NCBI GenBank assembly: GCA_965206595.1
Contig: OZ242214.1
Location: 2,048,001 to 2,112,000, forward strand
Source: Candidatus Latescibacterota bacterium
GTDB lineage: Bacteria; Latescibacterota; UBA2968; UBA8231
Direction of reading: 5' to 3'
Length of the DNA: 64,000 nt
The stretch's first letter is position 1, and every line of letters begins with the position of its first letter. This document shows positions 1 through 9,812 of the stretch, piece by piece. Position numbers and translations under genes: made by a program. The notes under the pieces were generated by a model. That model saw nothing but the letters and a program-made list of their open reading frames with translations, was not told where the DNA came from and made no database searches.

Positions 1-2
1 AC

Positions 3-398
3 ACGATCGCCACCGACCATGCCCCCCACACCGCCGCGGAGAAACGACTTCCCCTTACCGAGGCGCCGTTCGGCATCGTCGGACTGGAAACCGCGGTCGG
101 CCTGACCTTCACCTGTCTGGTCGAGACCGGGGTCCTCGGCGCCGCCCAGGCGATCGCAAAATGGACCACCGCGCCGGCGCGCATACTTAAACTGCCGGGA
201 GGGCGGCTCGACATCGGCGCACCCGGGGACGTGACGGTCATTGATCCCGCCAGGCGCTGGACGGTAAGGCCGGAACGTTTTCGATCGAAGTCGAGCAACA
301 CCCCGTTCGCAGGCTCCAGGCTCACCGGCAAGGCCGTTGCCACCATAGTCGGAGGCGGCGTCGTTCACAACGAGATTTCAGAGCGAAAAGAAGGGTGA
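3..398 (+). CDS. pyrC: Dihydroorotase, C-terminal part (truncated by window edge)
   Basis: Frame +3 reads TIATDHAPH...EAPFGIVGLETAV...FRSKSSNTPFAG.L.GKAVATIVGG; stop TGA at 396-398. Not in ORF track. Confidence 0.9.
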   Translation, partial: TIATDHAPHTAAEKRLPLTEAPFGIVGLETAVGLTFTCLVETGVLGAAQAIAKWTTAPARILKLPGGRLDIGAPGDVTVIDPARRWTVRPERFRSKSSNTPFAGSRLTGKAVATIVGGGVVHNEISERKEG

Positions 399-1721
399 GG
401 ACTGGAAGGCGTTCTCGACATGGGTGACCTCGCAATCCTCCCCTCCGGACCCTAGCTGCACGGCCAGAACGTCGAACCTCACCTCGCATCTCCGGGGGAT
501 GCCGCGGCGGCGTATGAAATGCCTGGCAGCGCGCGTCACGCGTTCCTGTTTTTCGGCAACCACCCTCAGCTCCGGGGGGTAGAGCCGGGATTCGCTCGCC
601 TTGACCTCGACGAACACTAGGCAATTCGGTCCGCGTGCCACGATGTCGACCTCGGCCCCCGCGCCGCGGTAGTTGCGCTCGAGCAAGCGATACCCCATGG
701 CAACCAGATGATCCGCGGCCAGCTGCTCGCCGCGGGCCCCGATATCGCGCAAGCGCCTGCGGCGCTCTCGAACCGAAACCGCGAACTGGCGCTCCTCTTC
801 CTCTGAAAGGGGAATCGCCGTCTTTTCGGAACGCAGCCAGCGCTCGAGGTCCTCGGAGCTGGTCAGAACCTCCAGCTGCCGGCGTCGCTCCCGGAGAGCT
901 TGGCTGGGGGCAGGGCGAAGGTGCTCCGCAACCGGCTCGAAAGAGCGCCGGTGCAAAGGACAAGGGCCGTACTTTTCAAGGGCCTTGCGATGGCGGGCGC
1001 TCGCGTAGCCCTTGTTACTGGCGAATCCGTACTGCGGGTATCTCGAATCCACCTCGACCATCATCCGGTCGCGGTGCACCTTGGCGACGATGGCCGCTGC
1101 GGCGATGGATACCGAGCGTTCGTCGCCGCCGACGATGGCCGTCTCCGAGAATGGGGTTCCCGGCTTGAGGGAGCCGTCGACGAGAACCCGATCAGGCCTT
1201 GGATCCAGCTCCAGCAGGGCTTTTCTCATCGCCTTCAAGGAAGCCTGCAGGATGTTGAGCTCGTCGATCTCCGGGACCTCAACGGACGCTACCGCGACGC
1301 AATGAGCCTGTTCGAGAATCTGCCCGCAAAGCGCCTCGCGCACCTCGGGTGGCAGCTTCTTCGAATCGTCAATCTCCCACAGCCCGACACCGGGGCGGAA
1401 GGCGACGGCAGCGGCCACGACAGGCCCTGCCAGGCACCCGCGGCCGACTTCATCCACTCCAGCCACCACCTGAACCCCTGACTGCCAGAGGCGGGTTTCG
1501 AATTCGCGCATTCGTCGCGCGCGGGCGCATTCGGACTCGCGCCGGCGCATTTGCTGGCGGGCGCGAACGGCGATCCTGCGCACCCCTGCTCGCCTGTCGC
1601 GCTCGAGGACCCGGCAGGCACGCTGGTCGATGTCGGGGTGGGAGCGTACCAGCTCGTCTACCTGGGAGATTGAGAGCCGCTCGACCACTCCGGGTGTGAT
1701 GCGAGTTACGGCCGCAGCCAT
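378..1721 (-). CDS. rnhB: Ribonuclease HII fused to C-terminal YraN (UPF0102) domain
   Basis: GVDEVGRGCLAGPV, DSKKL, GDERSVSIAAA, NKGY (RNase HII), then GARGEQLA...LLERNYR...EVDIVA...LVFVEVK...RFDV (YraN). Confidence 0.9.
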   Translation of the reverse strand: MAAAVTRITPGVVERLSISQVDELVRSHPDIDQRACRVLERDRRAGVRRIAVRARQQMRRRESECARARRMREFETRLWQSGVQVVAGVDEVGRGCLAGPVVAAAVAFRPGVGLWEIDDSKKLPPEVREALCGQILEQAHCVAVASVEVPEIDELNILQASLKAMRKALLELDPRPDRVLVDGSLKPGTPFSETAIVGGDERSVSIAAAAIVAKVHRDRMMVEVDSRYPQYGFASNKGYASARHRKALEKYGPCPLHRRSFEPVAEHLRPAPSQALRERRRQLEVLTSSEDLERWLRSEKTAIPLSEEEERQFAVSVRERRRRLRDIGARGEQLAADHLVAMGYRLLERNYRGAGAEVDIVARGPNCLVFVEVKASESRLYPPELRVVAEKQERVTRAARHFIRRRGIPRRCEVRFDVLAVQLGSGGEDCEVTHVENAFQSSPFFSL

Positions 1722-1745
1722 TGGCTGATCCCGTTCAAGGTGCGA

Positions 1746-1773
1746 TTGACATGGCCTCTACGTCCTTTATGTT
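1746..1773 (+). promoter_or_regulatory. Putative sigma70 promoter
   Basis: TTGACA-N16-TATGTT upstream of the ORF at 1847. Confidence 0.5.
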
Positions 1774-1846
1774 GACGCAACGCGCATGCAGGTCGGGTGA
1801 GGGAACTCTCCCGGTTCTTCAGCGTCCAAAGCCGGAAGGGGATCCA

Positions 1847-2464
1847 ATGTCGGTGGATAACATGGCAAAGATTGCAGCCGCGGTCCTGGTGGCGGCGGGG
1901 TTTGCGCTACGGCCACTGCCCGTCCCGGCGCAGACCGACATCGAAATACAGCCACTGACCGAGTCTGACACCCGGCTGTACCTCAACGACGGCTCGGTCA
2001 TCATGGGCCGCCTGATCGAGCACAGCAAAGACCTCGTAATCGTTCAGGTAAAAGAGCAGATCTTCACCTTCGAGCTCAAGGAGATCGACCGCATCGTAAC
2101 TCTCGATTCTCTCGGAGCGGGGGCGCGGACCGTCTCAGTCATCGAGTTCCCGTATATCAGTTTTCTGGGAGGAACCGTCGCCTTCGGCCTGCTGTCGTGG
2201 CTGCAGTTCGACACCGCTTCGGACCGCGACCGCGACGCCGACCTCAACGAGGCCAGCGGCGTCTCTGCACGGGCACGTGAGCTGCGCGACAAGGCCGAAC
2301 GCGCGCGTCTGCTGGGGTGGTCCTCCGCGGTTCTGGCCGCCGGCAGCACCGTCGTGGCGCTGGTTCCGCGCAAGGAGAAACGGCGGGTTTTTCCCGAGCT
2401 CACGCTGCAGCCTTCGGTCTCCGGTTCACCCGGGTTCATCCTGGCATACAACAGACGCTTCTGA
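1847..2464 (+). CDS. Hypothetical exported/membrane protein
   Basis: Signal-peptide-like N-terminus (start 1847 or 1862), LYLNDGSVIMGRL beta motif, two C-terminal hydrophobic helices. Confidence 0.7.
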   Translation: MSVDNMAKIAAAVLVAAGFALRPLPVPAQTDIEIQPLTESDTRLYLNDGSVIMGRLIEHSKDLVIVQVKEQIFTFELKEIDRIVTLDSLGAGARTVSVIEFPYISFLGGTVAFGLLSWLQFDTASDRDRDADLNEASGVSARARELRDKAERARLLGWSSAVLAAGSTVVALVPRKEKRRVFPELTLQPSVSGSPGFILAYNRRF

Positions 2465-2494
2465 TCTGGGGGCGGCTAGTGCCGTCCCCAGATC
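2463..2494. terminator. Hairpin between convergent genes
   Basis: gatctgggggcggc-tagt-gccgtccccagatc: 14-bp stem with one G-T pair, no U tract. Confidence 0.5.
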
Positions 2495-2676
2495 CAACCT
2501 GCCATCAAAGGGGCGAATGCCCCCAGCCTGCATGCGGGCAGGGGGCCAGATAGAGGCACTGGATGCCTCGGCGGATGAATTCCGGGGGCGTTCGCCATAC
2601 CCCACCCATGCCTGCCTGCGCAATTCCGCGCTGATTCGGTCGCCCTCGCCCGCCCGCGTACTCGCGCAGGCAGGCA

Positions 2677-3162
2677 CTACTTCGCCTCGGGGGGGCACGA
2701 CCGATAGTCGGAGGGAGGCACCCTCGCCGCGAGGAAGTCGACGAGGCCGCGCAAAGCCAGCAGGTAGCTGTCGCTACCGAACCCTGCAACCTGTCCGACA
2801 CACACTGGCGCCACGACCGAGTTCCGGCGGAACCGCTCCCGGGCGTGCACGTTCGTAAGATGGACTTCCACCGCTGGGAGACCCACCGCCGCCACTGCGT
2901 CCCTTACAGCCAGACTGTAGTGGGTCAGTGCCCCGGGGTTGATGACCACACCCTGGGCCCAGCCGCCCGCCTCGTGAATAGCGTCGATTATCGCGCCCTC
3001 GTGATTCGATTGCTCGATCCGGAGTTCGACACCGAGCTCTCCGGCCAAGGCTCGCATGGCGGCATCGATGTCGGCAAGCGTTCCGGAGCCGTACACATCG
3101 GGCTCCCGCCTGCCCAGCAGGTTGAGATTGGGACCATGTACGACCAGAATTCGTAGCGCCAC
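2677..3162 (-). CDS. aroQ: Type II 3-dehydroquinate dehydratase
   Basis: [39 protein letters not shown]. Confidence 0.95.
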   Translation of the reverse strand: MALRILVVHGPNLNLLGRREPDVYGSGTLADIDAAMRALAGELGVELRIEQSNHEGAIIDAIHEAGGWAQGVVINPGALTHYSLAVRDAVAAVGLPAVEVHLTNVHARERFRRNSVVAPVCVGQVAGFGSDSYLLALRGLVDFLAARVPPSDYRSCPPEAK

Positions 3163-3177
3163 TGTTGTCCTGCCCTT

Positions 3178-3915
3178 CTATTGGCCTGTCACTCGGAGAT
3201 GGCGAGCCGCCCGTTCCAGCACCAGCGCCGACAGAACCACGCAGGCCGTATCCGCCCGCAGCGTTCGCTCTCCCCAGGAGAACAGCTGCACCCCCGCGGT
3301 GACCGCTGCCGCCGCCTCCGTTCCCGAAAAGCCTCCTTCCGGGCCTGTCATCAGACCGACGGAGGCATCATCCGCCTTAAGGAACTTCAATTCCGGGTGC
3401 GCCTTCCCCCGGGGGACCGATGCCATCACCACGATGCCGCAATCGCGCAGCAAGGCAGCCAGTACATCCTGGAAGTCGCGCGGCTCCTCTACCTGAGGTA
3501 CCCGGGAGCGACCGCATTGTTTTGCCGCCTCCCGCGCCAGGCGCTGCCAGCGCTGCGACCGGCTTCCGGTCGCAACCCCCCTTTCCGCCAGCATCGGCCG
3601 AATCGAGACCACTCCGACCTCCGTCGCCTTTTCGACGACATGATCGAAGCGCTGACTGCCCTTCATCACCGCCGCGGCGAGATGAAGACGCACCGGACTT
3701 TCGCCGCGCTCAGGCTCTTTCTCCATAATAAGGCCGTGCACCGAGGTGCGCTCGATTCTATCGATACGTACACGGTAGAATCCCCCCTGCCCGTCGACGA
3801 CCTCGACGAAGTCTCCGACGGAATACCTGCGGACAGTGACGTGGTGGGCTTCATCCCCCCGCAGCGTCAGCCGATCGGCGACGATATCATCGGGGTTTAC
3901 GAGAAAGGAAGGCAT
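3178..3915 (-). CDS. rsmE: 16S rRNA m3U1498 methyltransferase
   Basis: EKATEVGV, EAAKQCGR, GPEGGF, LRADTA. Confidence 0.93.
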   Translation of the reverse strand: MPSFLVNPDDIVADRLTLRGDEAHHVTVRRYSVGDFVEVVDGQGGFYRVRIDRIERTSVHGLIMEKEPERGESPVRLHLAAAVMKGSQRFDHVVEKATEVGVVSIRPMLAERGVATGSRSQRWQRLAREAAKQCGRSRVPQVEEPRDFQDVLAALLRDCGIVVMASVPRGKAHPELKFLKADDASVGLMTGPEGGFSGTEAAAAVTAGVQLFSWGERTLRADTACVVLSALVLERAARHLRVTGQ

Positions 3916-3937
3916 TTTCTCCCTCTTGTGCGGGGGC

Positions 3938-4831
3938 TCACAACGGGCGAGCGGAAATACCGAGCCAGCCGTTCCTCTCCCACCGGCGAACGACGGCGAG
4001 GCCTGCCTCCCACAACCGGGATTCGAATCGATCCCGCTCCGCCGCCAGCAGGCCGGAAAACAGGATCCTCCCGTCGGCGACGATCAATTTTCGCAAGACA
4101 GGCAGGATCGGAAGCTGGAAACGGCTCTCGAGATTGGCGGCGATCACGTCGAAAGGGTCGTCTCCGGCGGCCTCGATGCTGCCGTGCAGGACCCGCACGC
4201 TGCTGCCGGCTCCTTCCCGGTTCGATCCGAGGTTGGCCTCGACGTTTTCCCGCGCACAGTTGACGGCGTCCGAATCGACATCGATGGCGACCACCTCCCT
4301 CGCCCCGAGTTTTTCCGCTGCAATCGCCAGAATTCCGGTGCCGGTGCCGACGTCGAGGCAGCGCCGCCCGCGGAGTTTCGTGGCCGCGAGCGCTTCGAGG
4401 CACAGCTGTGTCGACTCGTGGGTTCCGGTTCCGAAGGCCATCGCCGGCTCGATTGCGATGGCGATGTCTCCGGGGGAGGTCTCGACCTCGATCCAGGGTG
4501 GGTGGACCACCAGGTTGGGAGTAGGCCACACTTCCTTGTAGAAACGCCGCCATTCCGCGTTCCAGTCGCGGTCGGCAATGGCGTCTACGTCAATGTTCAG
4601 CGGTGAAATTGCGCTCCCCCTGAGCGCTTCCTCAAGGGTTGAACGGAGAGGGTGCTGTGCCGGGGGAGGCTCGTTTGCGAAGTAGGCGAGGACTGCGGTC
4701 CTGTCCCCGGTCTCGTCGATTAACTCGACCCCGGAGCTGCCGCAGTCGAAACAGAGCCCGACTGCGGCAGCTACATCCTCCGCCCGCAGGGTGAGGGCGA
4801 TGCGCTGCCAACTAGCCCCTGACGGGTTCAC
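3938..4831 (-). CDS. prmA: Ribosomal protein L11 methyltransferase
   Basis: IEPAMAFGTGTHEST, LDVGTGTGILAI; lies in dnaJ-prmA-rsmE context. Confidence 0.93.
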   Translation of the reverse strand: MNPSGASWQRIALTLRAEDVAAAVGLCFDCGSSGVELIDETGDRTAVLAYFANEPPPAQHPLRSTLEEALRGSAISPLNIDVDAIADRDWNAEWRRFYKEVWPTPNLVVHPPWIEVETSPGDIAIAIEPAMAFGTGTHESTQLCLEALAATKLRGRRCLDVGTGTGILAIAAEKLGAREVVAIDVDSDAVNCARENVEANLGSNREGAGSSVRVLHGSIEAAGDDPFDVIAANLESRFQLPILPVLRKLIVADGRILFSGLLAAERDRFESRLWEAGLAVVRRWERNGWLGISARPL

Positions 4832-5652
4832 GGGGCCGGCAGGTCTTCCAGCAGCGCCAACACCCGGGATGCGAGGGAGTCGAAAATCTGTTTCTCCTCA
4901 CTACCTTCGCCACTGCGTGCCCCTACCGGATGGCCCCGATCCCCACCCGACCGGATTCTCTCCGATATCGGGATCTCCCCGAGGAAGGGAATGTCGAGGC
5001 GCTCGGCGAGAGCCCCGCCCCCGCCTTCCCCGAAAAGGCAATGGCGTTTGCCACACGACGGACAGTCGTAGTAGCTCATGTTCTCTATGAGCCCCAACAC
5101 CTCGACCTCTACCTTGTCGAACATGGCGATGCCGCGCTCGACGTCGTCGAGGGCGATGTCCTGCGGAGTCGTTACGATTGCGGCGCCCGACAGGGCCACC
5201 GCCTGGCTGAGGGTAAGGGGAATATCTCCGGTACCGGGAGGGAGGTCGATGAATAGGCAGTCGAGCTCCCCCCACTCCACCTGGCCGAGAAACTGCTGCA
5301 CAGCCTGGGCCAACAGGGGACCGCGCCAGACCACGGGGGTGTTCTCGTCGGCGATGAACCCCATCGACATGACGGCGACCCCGTGGCGGAGGATCGGAAG
5401 CAGGCGATTACCGCCCGTCAACTCCGGTTGCTCGTCGATCCCGAGCATCCGCGGGGCGCTCGGGCCGTAGATATCGGCGTCGAGGAGGCCGACTCGCGCC
5501 CCTGTGCCGGCGGCGCTCAGAGCCAGATTGACGCTCACGGTGGACTTGCCCACCCCTCCCTTGGCGCTGGCTACGGCCACTATGTTGCGCACCCCCGGAA
5601 CGGATGCATTCGCGGGAAACGTGCGCGGCACCGAGGCCGTCCGTTCACCCAC
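4828..5652 (-). CDS. mrp: Mrp/NBP35 (ApbC) Fe-S carrier ATPase; start uncertain
   Basis: [41 protein letters not shown]. Confidence 0.9.
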   Translation of the reverse strand: MGERTASVPRTFPANASVPGVRNIVAVASAKGGVGKSTVSVNLALSAAGTGARVGLLDADIYGPSAPRMLGIDEQPELTGGNRLLPILRHGVAVMSMGFIADENTPVVWRGPLLAQAVQQFLGQVEWGELDCLFIDLPPGTGDIPLTLSQAVALSGAAIVTTPQDIALDDVERGIAMFDKVEVEVLGLIENMSYYDCPSCGKRHCLFGEGGGGALAERLDIPFLGEIPISERIRSGGDRGHPVGARSGEGSEEKQIFDSLASRVLALLEDLPAP

Positions 5653-6787
5653 GAAAGGCGTCCCGCATGCGGTCGAAAAACCCCTTGCCTTCCCTGGCCG
5701 CGCGATCCTTGTCAAGGAGATCGAGCTCCTCGAAAAGACGGCGCTCCTTGGCGCTCAGGTGGGTCGGGGTCCAGACCGTGATCTCGACCAGCTGGTCGCC
5801 GACACCGCGACCGTCGACATCGGGAATCCCCTTTCCGCGCAGCCTCAGCACCTGACCCGACTGGGTGCCTTCCGGGATGGGCATCTTGACCCTGCCCACC
5901 AGAGTCGGCACCCGGACGTTGTCCCCGAGGGCAGCCTGGCTGATGGTGACCGGCAGGCGGTAGAGCACATCCTTCCCCTGCCGCACGAAGTCCGGGTGCG
6001 GTTGCTCCTCGATGAAGACCTGGCAATCGCCTGCCGCGCCGCCGCGACGGCCCGCGTCTCCCTCCCCTCGCAACGGGATGTAGTTTCCGCTGCTGACCCC
6101 GGGTGGAATCCTCACGGACAGCGTGGCCCTGTCCCTGACGGTGCCCTCCCCGCGGCAGTCGCGGCAGGGATCGGCAATAACCATTCCCTCACCATGGCAG
6201 GTGGGGCACGCAGTCACGGTCACCGACTGTCCGAAGAAGGAGCGCGAGACCTGCTGCACCTTCCCTACCCCACCGCAGGTTTCGCAGCTGCGCGGCGACG
6301 ACCCGGGGGCGGCTCCCGAACCGCCGCATTCTCCGCACCGCCCCTGGCGGCTGAGGTGGATTTTCTTCTCGACCCCGATGGCGATCTCTTCGAGGGTGAG
6401 AACGACACCGACCTTGAGATCCCGCCCCTTCGGCGGCCCGGACGGGCTTCGCTGTCGGCGGCTGCTGCCGAAGATGCCGCCGAAAAGATCGCCGAACAGG
6501 TCCTCGAAATCAGAAGCGTGGGTGAAATCCGACCACTGGAAACCGCCTGAGCCGAAGTTGTTTTCGATCCCGGCATGGCCGTAGCGGTCGTAGGCCGATT
6601 TTTTCTCCGGGTCGCTCAGGATCTCGTAGGCCTCGGAGGCTTCCTTGAATTTCGCCTCAGCTTCGCTGTCGCCCTGATTGCGGTCGGGGTGATACTTGAG
6701 GGCCTGCTTGCGGTAGGCGCTCTTGATGTCGGTTTCCGATGCTTCCCGCTGAACGCCGAGCACTTCGTAATAGTCCCGTTCCGCCAT
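5645..6787 (-). CDS. dnaJ: Chaperone DnaJ
   Basis: J domain with HPD, G/F region, four CxxCxGxG repeats. Confidence 0.97.
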   Translation of the reverse strand: MAERDYYEVLGVQREASETDIKSAYRKQALKYHPDRNQGDSEAEAKFKEASEAYEILSDPEKKSAYDRYGHAGIENNFGSGGFQWSDFTHASDFEDLFGDLFGGIFGSSRRQRSPSGPPKGRDLKVGVVLTLEEIAIGVEKKIHLSRQGRCGECGGSGAAPGSSPRSCETCGGVGKVQQVSRSFFGQSVTVTACPTCHGEGMVIADPCRDCRGEGTVRDRATLSVRIPPGVSSGNYIPLRGEGDAGRRGGAAGDCQVFIEEQPHPDFVRQGKDVLYRLPVTISQAALGDNVRVPTLVGRVKMPIPEGTQSGQVLRLRGKGIPDVDGRGVGDQLVEITVWTPTHLSAKERRLFEELDLLDKDRAAREGKGFFDRMRDAFRG

Positions 6788-6811
6788 CAGATCCGCCCGT
6801 CATGGCGACGC

Positions 6812-7546
6812 CTATTTCCCGTCGCTGTTTTCACTTTCTCCCTTTTCCACAGGAGCCTTGGCCACGACTACGCGCGCCGGCCGCAAGACTTTCTCCCTCA
6901 GCCGGTACCCCTTTTCCATTTCCTCCAGGACGGTGCCGGGCTCGCCGTCGGGGCTCTCCACTTCCAGCATGGCCTCGTGGAGGTTGGGGTCGAAGGGTTT
7001 CCCCGCGGCCTCGATCTCCTCGAGACCGAAGCCGTTAAGGATCGTCTGAAACTGGGACAGGATGAGCTCTACACCCTGTTTCAGGGACTGGGCTTCCGCG
7101 GCTTCCTGAGCGAGGGCCCGCCTCATGTTGTCCATCAGGGGGGCAATCTGGAGAAGGAGGTCGCGCAGGGTTTCCTCGCGCGACTCGGCCCGCATGCGGA
7201 CCGCACGCTTGCGGAAGTTGTCCAGCTCTGCCGCCGCCCTCAGGTAGCGATCGTAGTTGTCGGCGGCTTCGGCACGCGCTTTTTCCAGCTCAACGAGGGG
7301 TCCGTCACCCGGCGTGGCCTCCCCTTCTTCTGCGGGGGCCTCCCCTTCGCTGCCGCAGTCCTGCGGTTCAGTCAGGTCTCCGGGACCGGCTCCATCCTCT
7401 GGATCGGGCTGGGCGGCCTCCGACAGATCCGGCGTGTCACCGGTCGACGGCGCCTCTCCGGCGGCCGGACCACCCTCCGCCCGAATCTCCTGTTCGCTGC
7501 CGTCGCTGTCGGATGGCGAGGTCTCCTCGCTGGTGAATCTGTTCAT
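6812..7546 (-). CDS. grpE: Nucleotide exchange factor GrpE
   Basis: AELDNFRKR, FDPNLHEA, KGYRL..VLRPARVVV. Confidence 0.95.
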   Translation of the reverse strand: MNRFTSEETSPSDSDGSEQEIRAEGGPAAGEAPSTGDTPDLSEAAQPDPEDGAGPGDLTEPQDCGSEGEAPAEEGEATPGDGPLVELEKARAEAADNYDRYLRAAAELDNFRKRAVRMRAESREETLRDLLLQIAPLMDNMRRALAQEAAEAQSLKQGVELILSQFQTILNGFGLEEIEAAGKPFDPNLHEAMLEVESPDGEPGTVLEEMEKGYRLREKVLRPARVVVAKAPVEKGESENSDGK

Positions 7547-7642
7547 GGCGCCTGTCTGCTACTCTGCCTGTGGTAGGAAGGTGCTGTCGTCCGCCCGGTC
7601 ACACCGGCCGGTTTTTGTGGAAAGGAAGGCACTGCCCGAACG

Positions 7643-8668
7643 TCAACCGACGAAGTCAGCGGTGCGGGAAGCGGTGTAGTTCAGCAGGGCTACGAGACGG
7701 TTGTAGGGCATTCGCTTCGGCCCGATTATTCCCAGCACGCCAACGGCGTCTTGCGCGGAGTAGCTGGCCGTTACGACGCTGCACTGGCGCATCTCCATGG
7801 GCTCGTTCTCCTCCCCTATCGTTACCACCACCCCCTCGCGGCCGGCAAGCAGGTCGGCGAGCACTTCCTTGCGCTCCAGCAGGTCCACCAGCCCGGCGAC
7901 TTCGGACGAATCGCTGAACTCTGGCTGTTCGAAAATGTGGCGCGCCCCGGCTACGAACAGGCCATGGCCGCGCGGCGCCAGCAGCGATTCGATTTCGTCC
8001 AGCACGACCCGCAGGAGTTGCGGGTGTGAGATCCTCATGCCGCCCAGCCGCTCTCTGGCAGTCGACCTGATCTCGCTCATCGTGAGACCGGCGAGACGCT
8101 CGTTGAGCAGTTGCCTGACGGCATTCATATCGGACTCCGAGACCTCGGAGTCGACCTCGATAACCAGGCTCTGCACCGGTCCGCGGCCCAGGGCGGCCAC
8201 CAGCAGCAGCTGCTGCGAGGTCAGCCGCACTAGCTCCAGACCCTGGAAAACCGCCTGTTCGAACCGGGGTGCCAGCGCCAGTCCGAGCTGGTTGGAAACG
8301 TCCCCCAGGATGGCGGCGAGCTGTCCGTGGATCTCGTCGGCGCGAACCTGCTGGAACACCTCTTCGAGATTGCTGCGCAGGGACTCGAACTCCTCTGCTG
8401 TCAGATCCAGTGTCTGCGTTTGTCCCTCGTCGACGAAGAAGCGGTAGCCCTCGTCCGTAGGGAGCCTTCCTGCTGAGGTGTGTGGCTGCCGAACGAACCC
8501 CTTGCGCTCCAGGCTCGACATCGTCTTGCGCATGGTCGCCGGACTGAACTCGAAGCCCTCGCGCCGCAGGATGGTTCTCGACCCGACCGGGGTACGCAAA
8601 TCGACATAGGCCCTGACGAGGGCTTCGAGAACGAGGCGCTCCCGTTTGGTCAGAGATTCGGAAAGCAA
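7643..8668 (-). CDS. hrcA: Heat-inducible transcription repressor HrcA
   Basis: PVGSR, SPATMR, QPHTSAGRLPT..GYR, GIIGPKRMPY. Confidence 0.95.
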   Translation of the reverse strand: MLSESLTKRERLVLEALVRAYVDLRTPVGSRTILRREGFEFSPATMRKTMSSLERKGFVRQPHTSAGRLPTDEGYRFFVDEGQTQTLDLTAEEFESLRSNLEEVFQQVRADEIHGQLAAILGDVSNQLGLALAPRFEQAVFQGLELVRLTSQQLLLVAALGRGPVQSLVIEVDSEVSESDMNAVRQLLNERLAGLTMSEIRSTARERLGGMRISHPQLLRVVLDEIESLLAPRGHGLFVAGARHIFEQPEFSDSSEVAGLVDLLERKEVLADLLAGREGVVVTIGEENEPMEMRQCSVVTASYSAQDAVGVLGIIGPKRMPYNRLVALLNYTASRTADFVG

Positions 8669-8790
8669 GTCCGGCGACCTCCAAAATTTGTTTGGAAATG
8701 TGTCGAGCGGCGGTATTTCCGGGGCGGCGCCCGATGGGCTGCTTACTACCTAAATGCGAGAATAAACACCCCCTTCCGCGGCGTCGCGAA

Positions 8791-8818
8791 AAGGTACTGT
8801 CGCTGCAGGGCATGTCAA
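8791..8818 (-). promoter_or_regulatory. Putative sigma70 promoter of the hrcA operon
   Basis: Minus strand reads TTGACA-N16-TACCTT. Confidence 0.5.
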
Positions 8819-9058
8819 GAGTTCGCCACGACTCGAAACGGAGCGCCGCCCCTAGGCTTCCGAGCCTTTATTCCATCCTCGCAGCCGACCTCGGCATCGC
8901 TGTGACCGCATCCTCGGCTGCCATGCCATCGGAACCGGAATCCCCTGGTTGGAACCGGTCCGCAACTGACATAGTTTCCCATTCATGCAGCCCGTCCTCC
9001 GGTCCGTGGGCGAAACGACAATAGCGCCTCGGGCCGCGGCTGTCCCCTGCAATCGTCC

Positions 9059-9694
9059 ATGAGATACACTGCCATTCAGTTCCCCATCCTGCTTCCCCTC
9101 CTCCTGTGCTCCCTTGTGCGAACCGAAGCGGAAACCGCTACGGCGGGACGGATGGCCGAAACCGACGCAAGCATGATCGAGCTGTCCGGGTTCTCCATCG
9201 ACAAGTTCGAGTTTCCCAATATCGAAGGAGTGCTTCCGACCGTCGGGGTCAGCTGGCACGAGGCCCAGGAACTTTGCAGATCGCGGGGCAAGCGGCTCTG
9301 TTCGGAGCGGGAGTGGGGGATCGCCTGCCGGGGGCCGGAAAACTTCCGGTACGGATACGGCGACGAATACGAACCCCGGCGCTGCAACGTCCCCTTTTTC
9401 CATGACGGGCGCTGGATTCGCAGCGGACCTGCGGCCAGCGGCCTCCACCCCGAATGCATCTCCCCTCACGGCGTACAGGACATGATCGGCAATGTCTGGG
9501 AGTGGACGGACGGCTGGTACGACGAGGGCAGACGGTGGCGGGTGGTGCGCGGAGGTTCCTGGTTCAACAGCGTCAACTTCGCTCGCGTCGATGGCCGTTA
9601 CGGCCTGCGGCTCACCCCGGACTACCGGCTCGACCTGATCGGCTTCCGCTGTTGCCGATCAGCCCCGGAGACACCCCCAGGGAATAATAAGTGA
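9059..9694 (+). CDS. SUMF1/FGE-sulfatase domain exported protein
   Basis: GKRLCSEREW, DMIGNVWEW, RGGSW, IGFRCC; N-terminal signal peptide. Confidence 0.85.
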   Translation: MRYTAIQFPILLPLLLCSLVRTEAETATAGRMAETDASMIELSGFSIDKFEFPNIEGVLPTVGVSWHEAQELCRSRGKRLCSEREWGIACRGPENFRYGYGDEYEPRRCNVPFFHDGRWIRSGPAASGLHPECISPHGVQDMIGNVWEWTDGWYDEGRRWRVVRGGSWFNSVNFARVDGRYGLRLTPDYRLDLIGFRCCRSAPETPPGNNK

Positions 9695-9812
9695 CCCGGA
9701 AAGCCGGCGGGGCCCGGCGCGGGCTCCGGTTTTTCGCCGCATTGTTGCCGGCGCTGATGGCCTCCGGTCCGTGCCTCCGGAGTTCCGGTCCCCCGAGCAT
9801 GACACCCACTGC

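Noticed and set aside
7555-7590. CIRCE-like sequence upstream of grpE (cagcacctt...gagtagcag on the minus strand)
   Set aside because: Spacing is wrong and the half-sites are poorly palindromic.
9059-9694. FGE/C-type-lectin-fold gene as a DGR target
   Set aside because: No template repeat of its 3' end is visible in the window.
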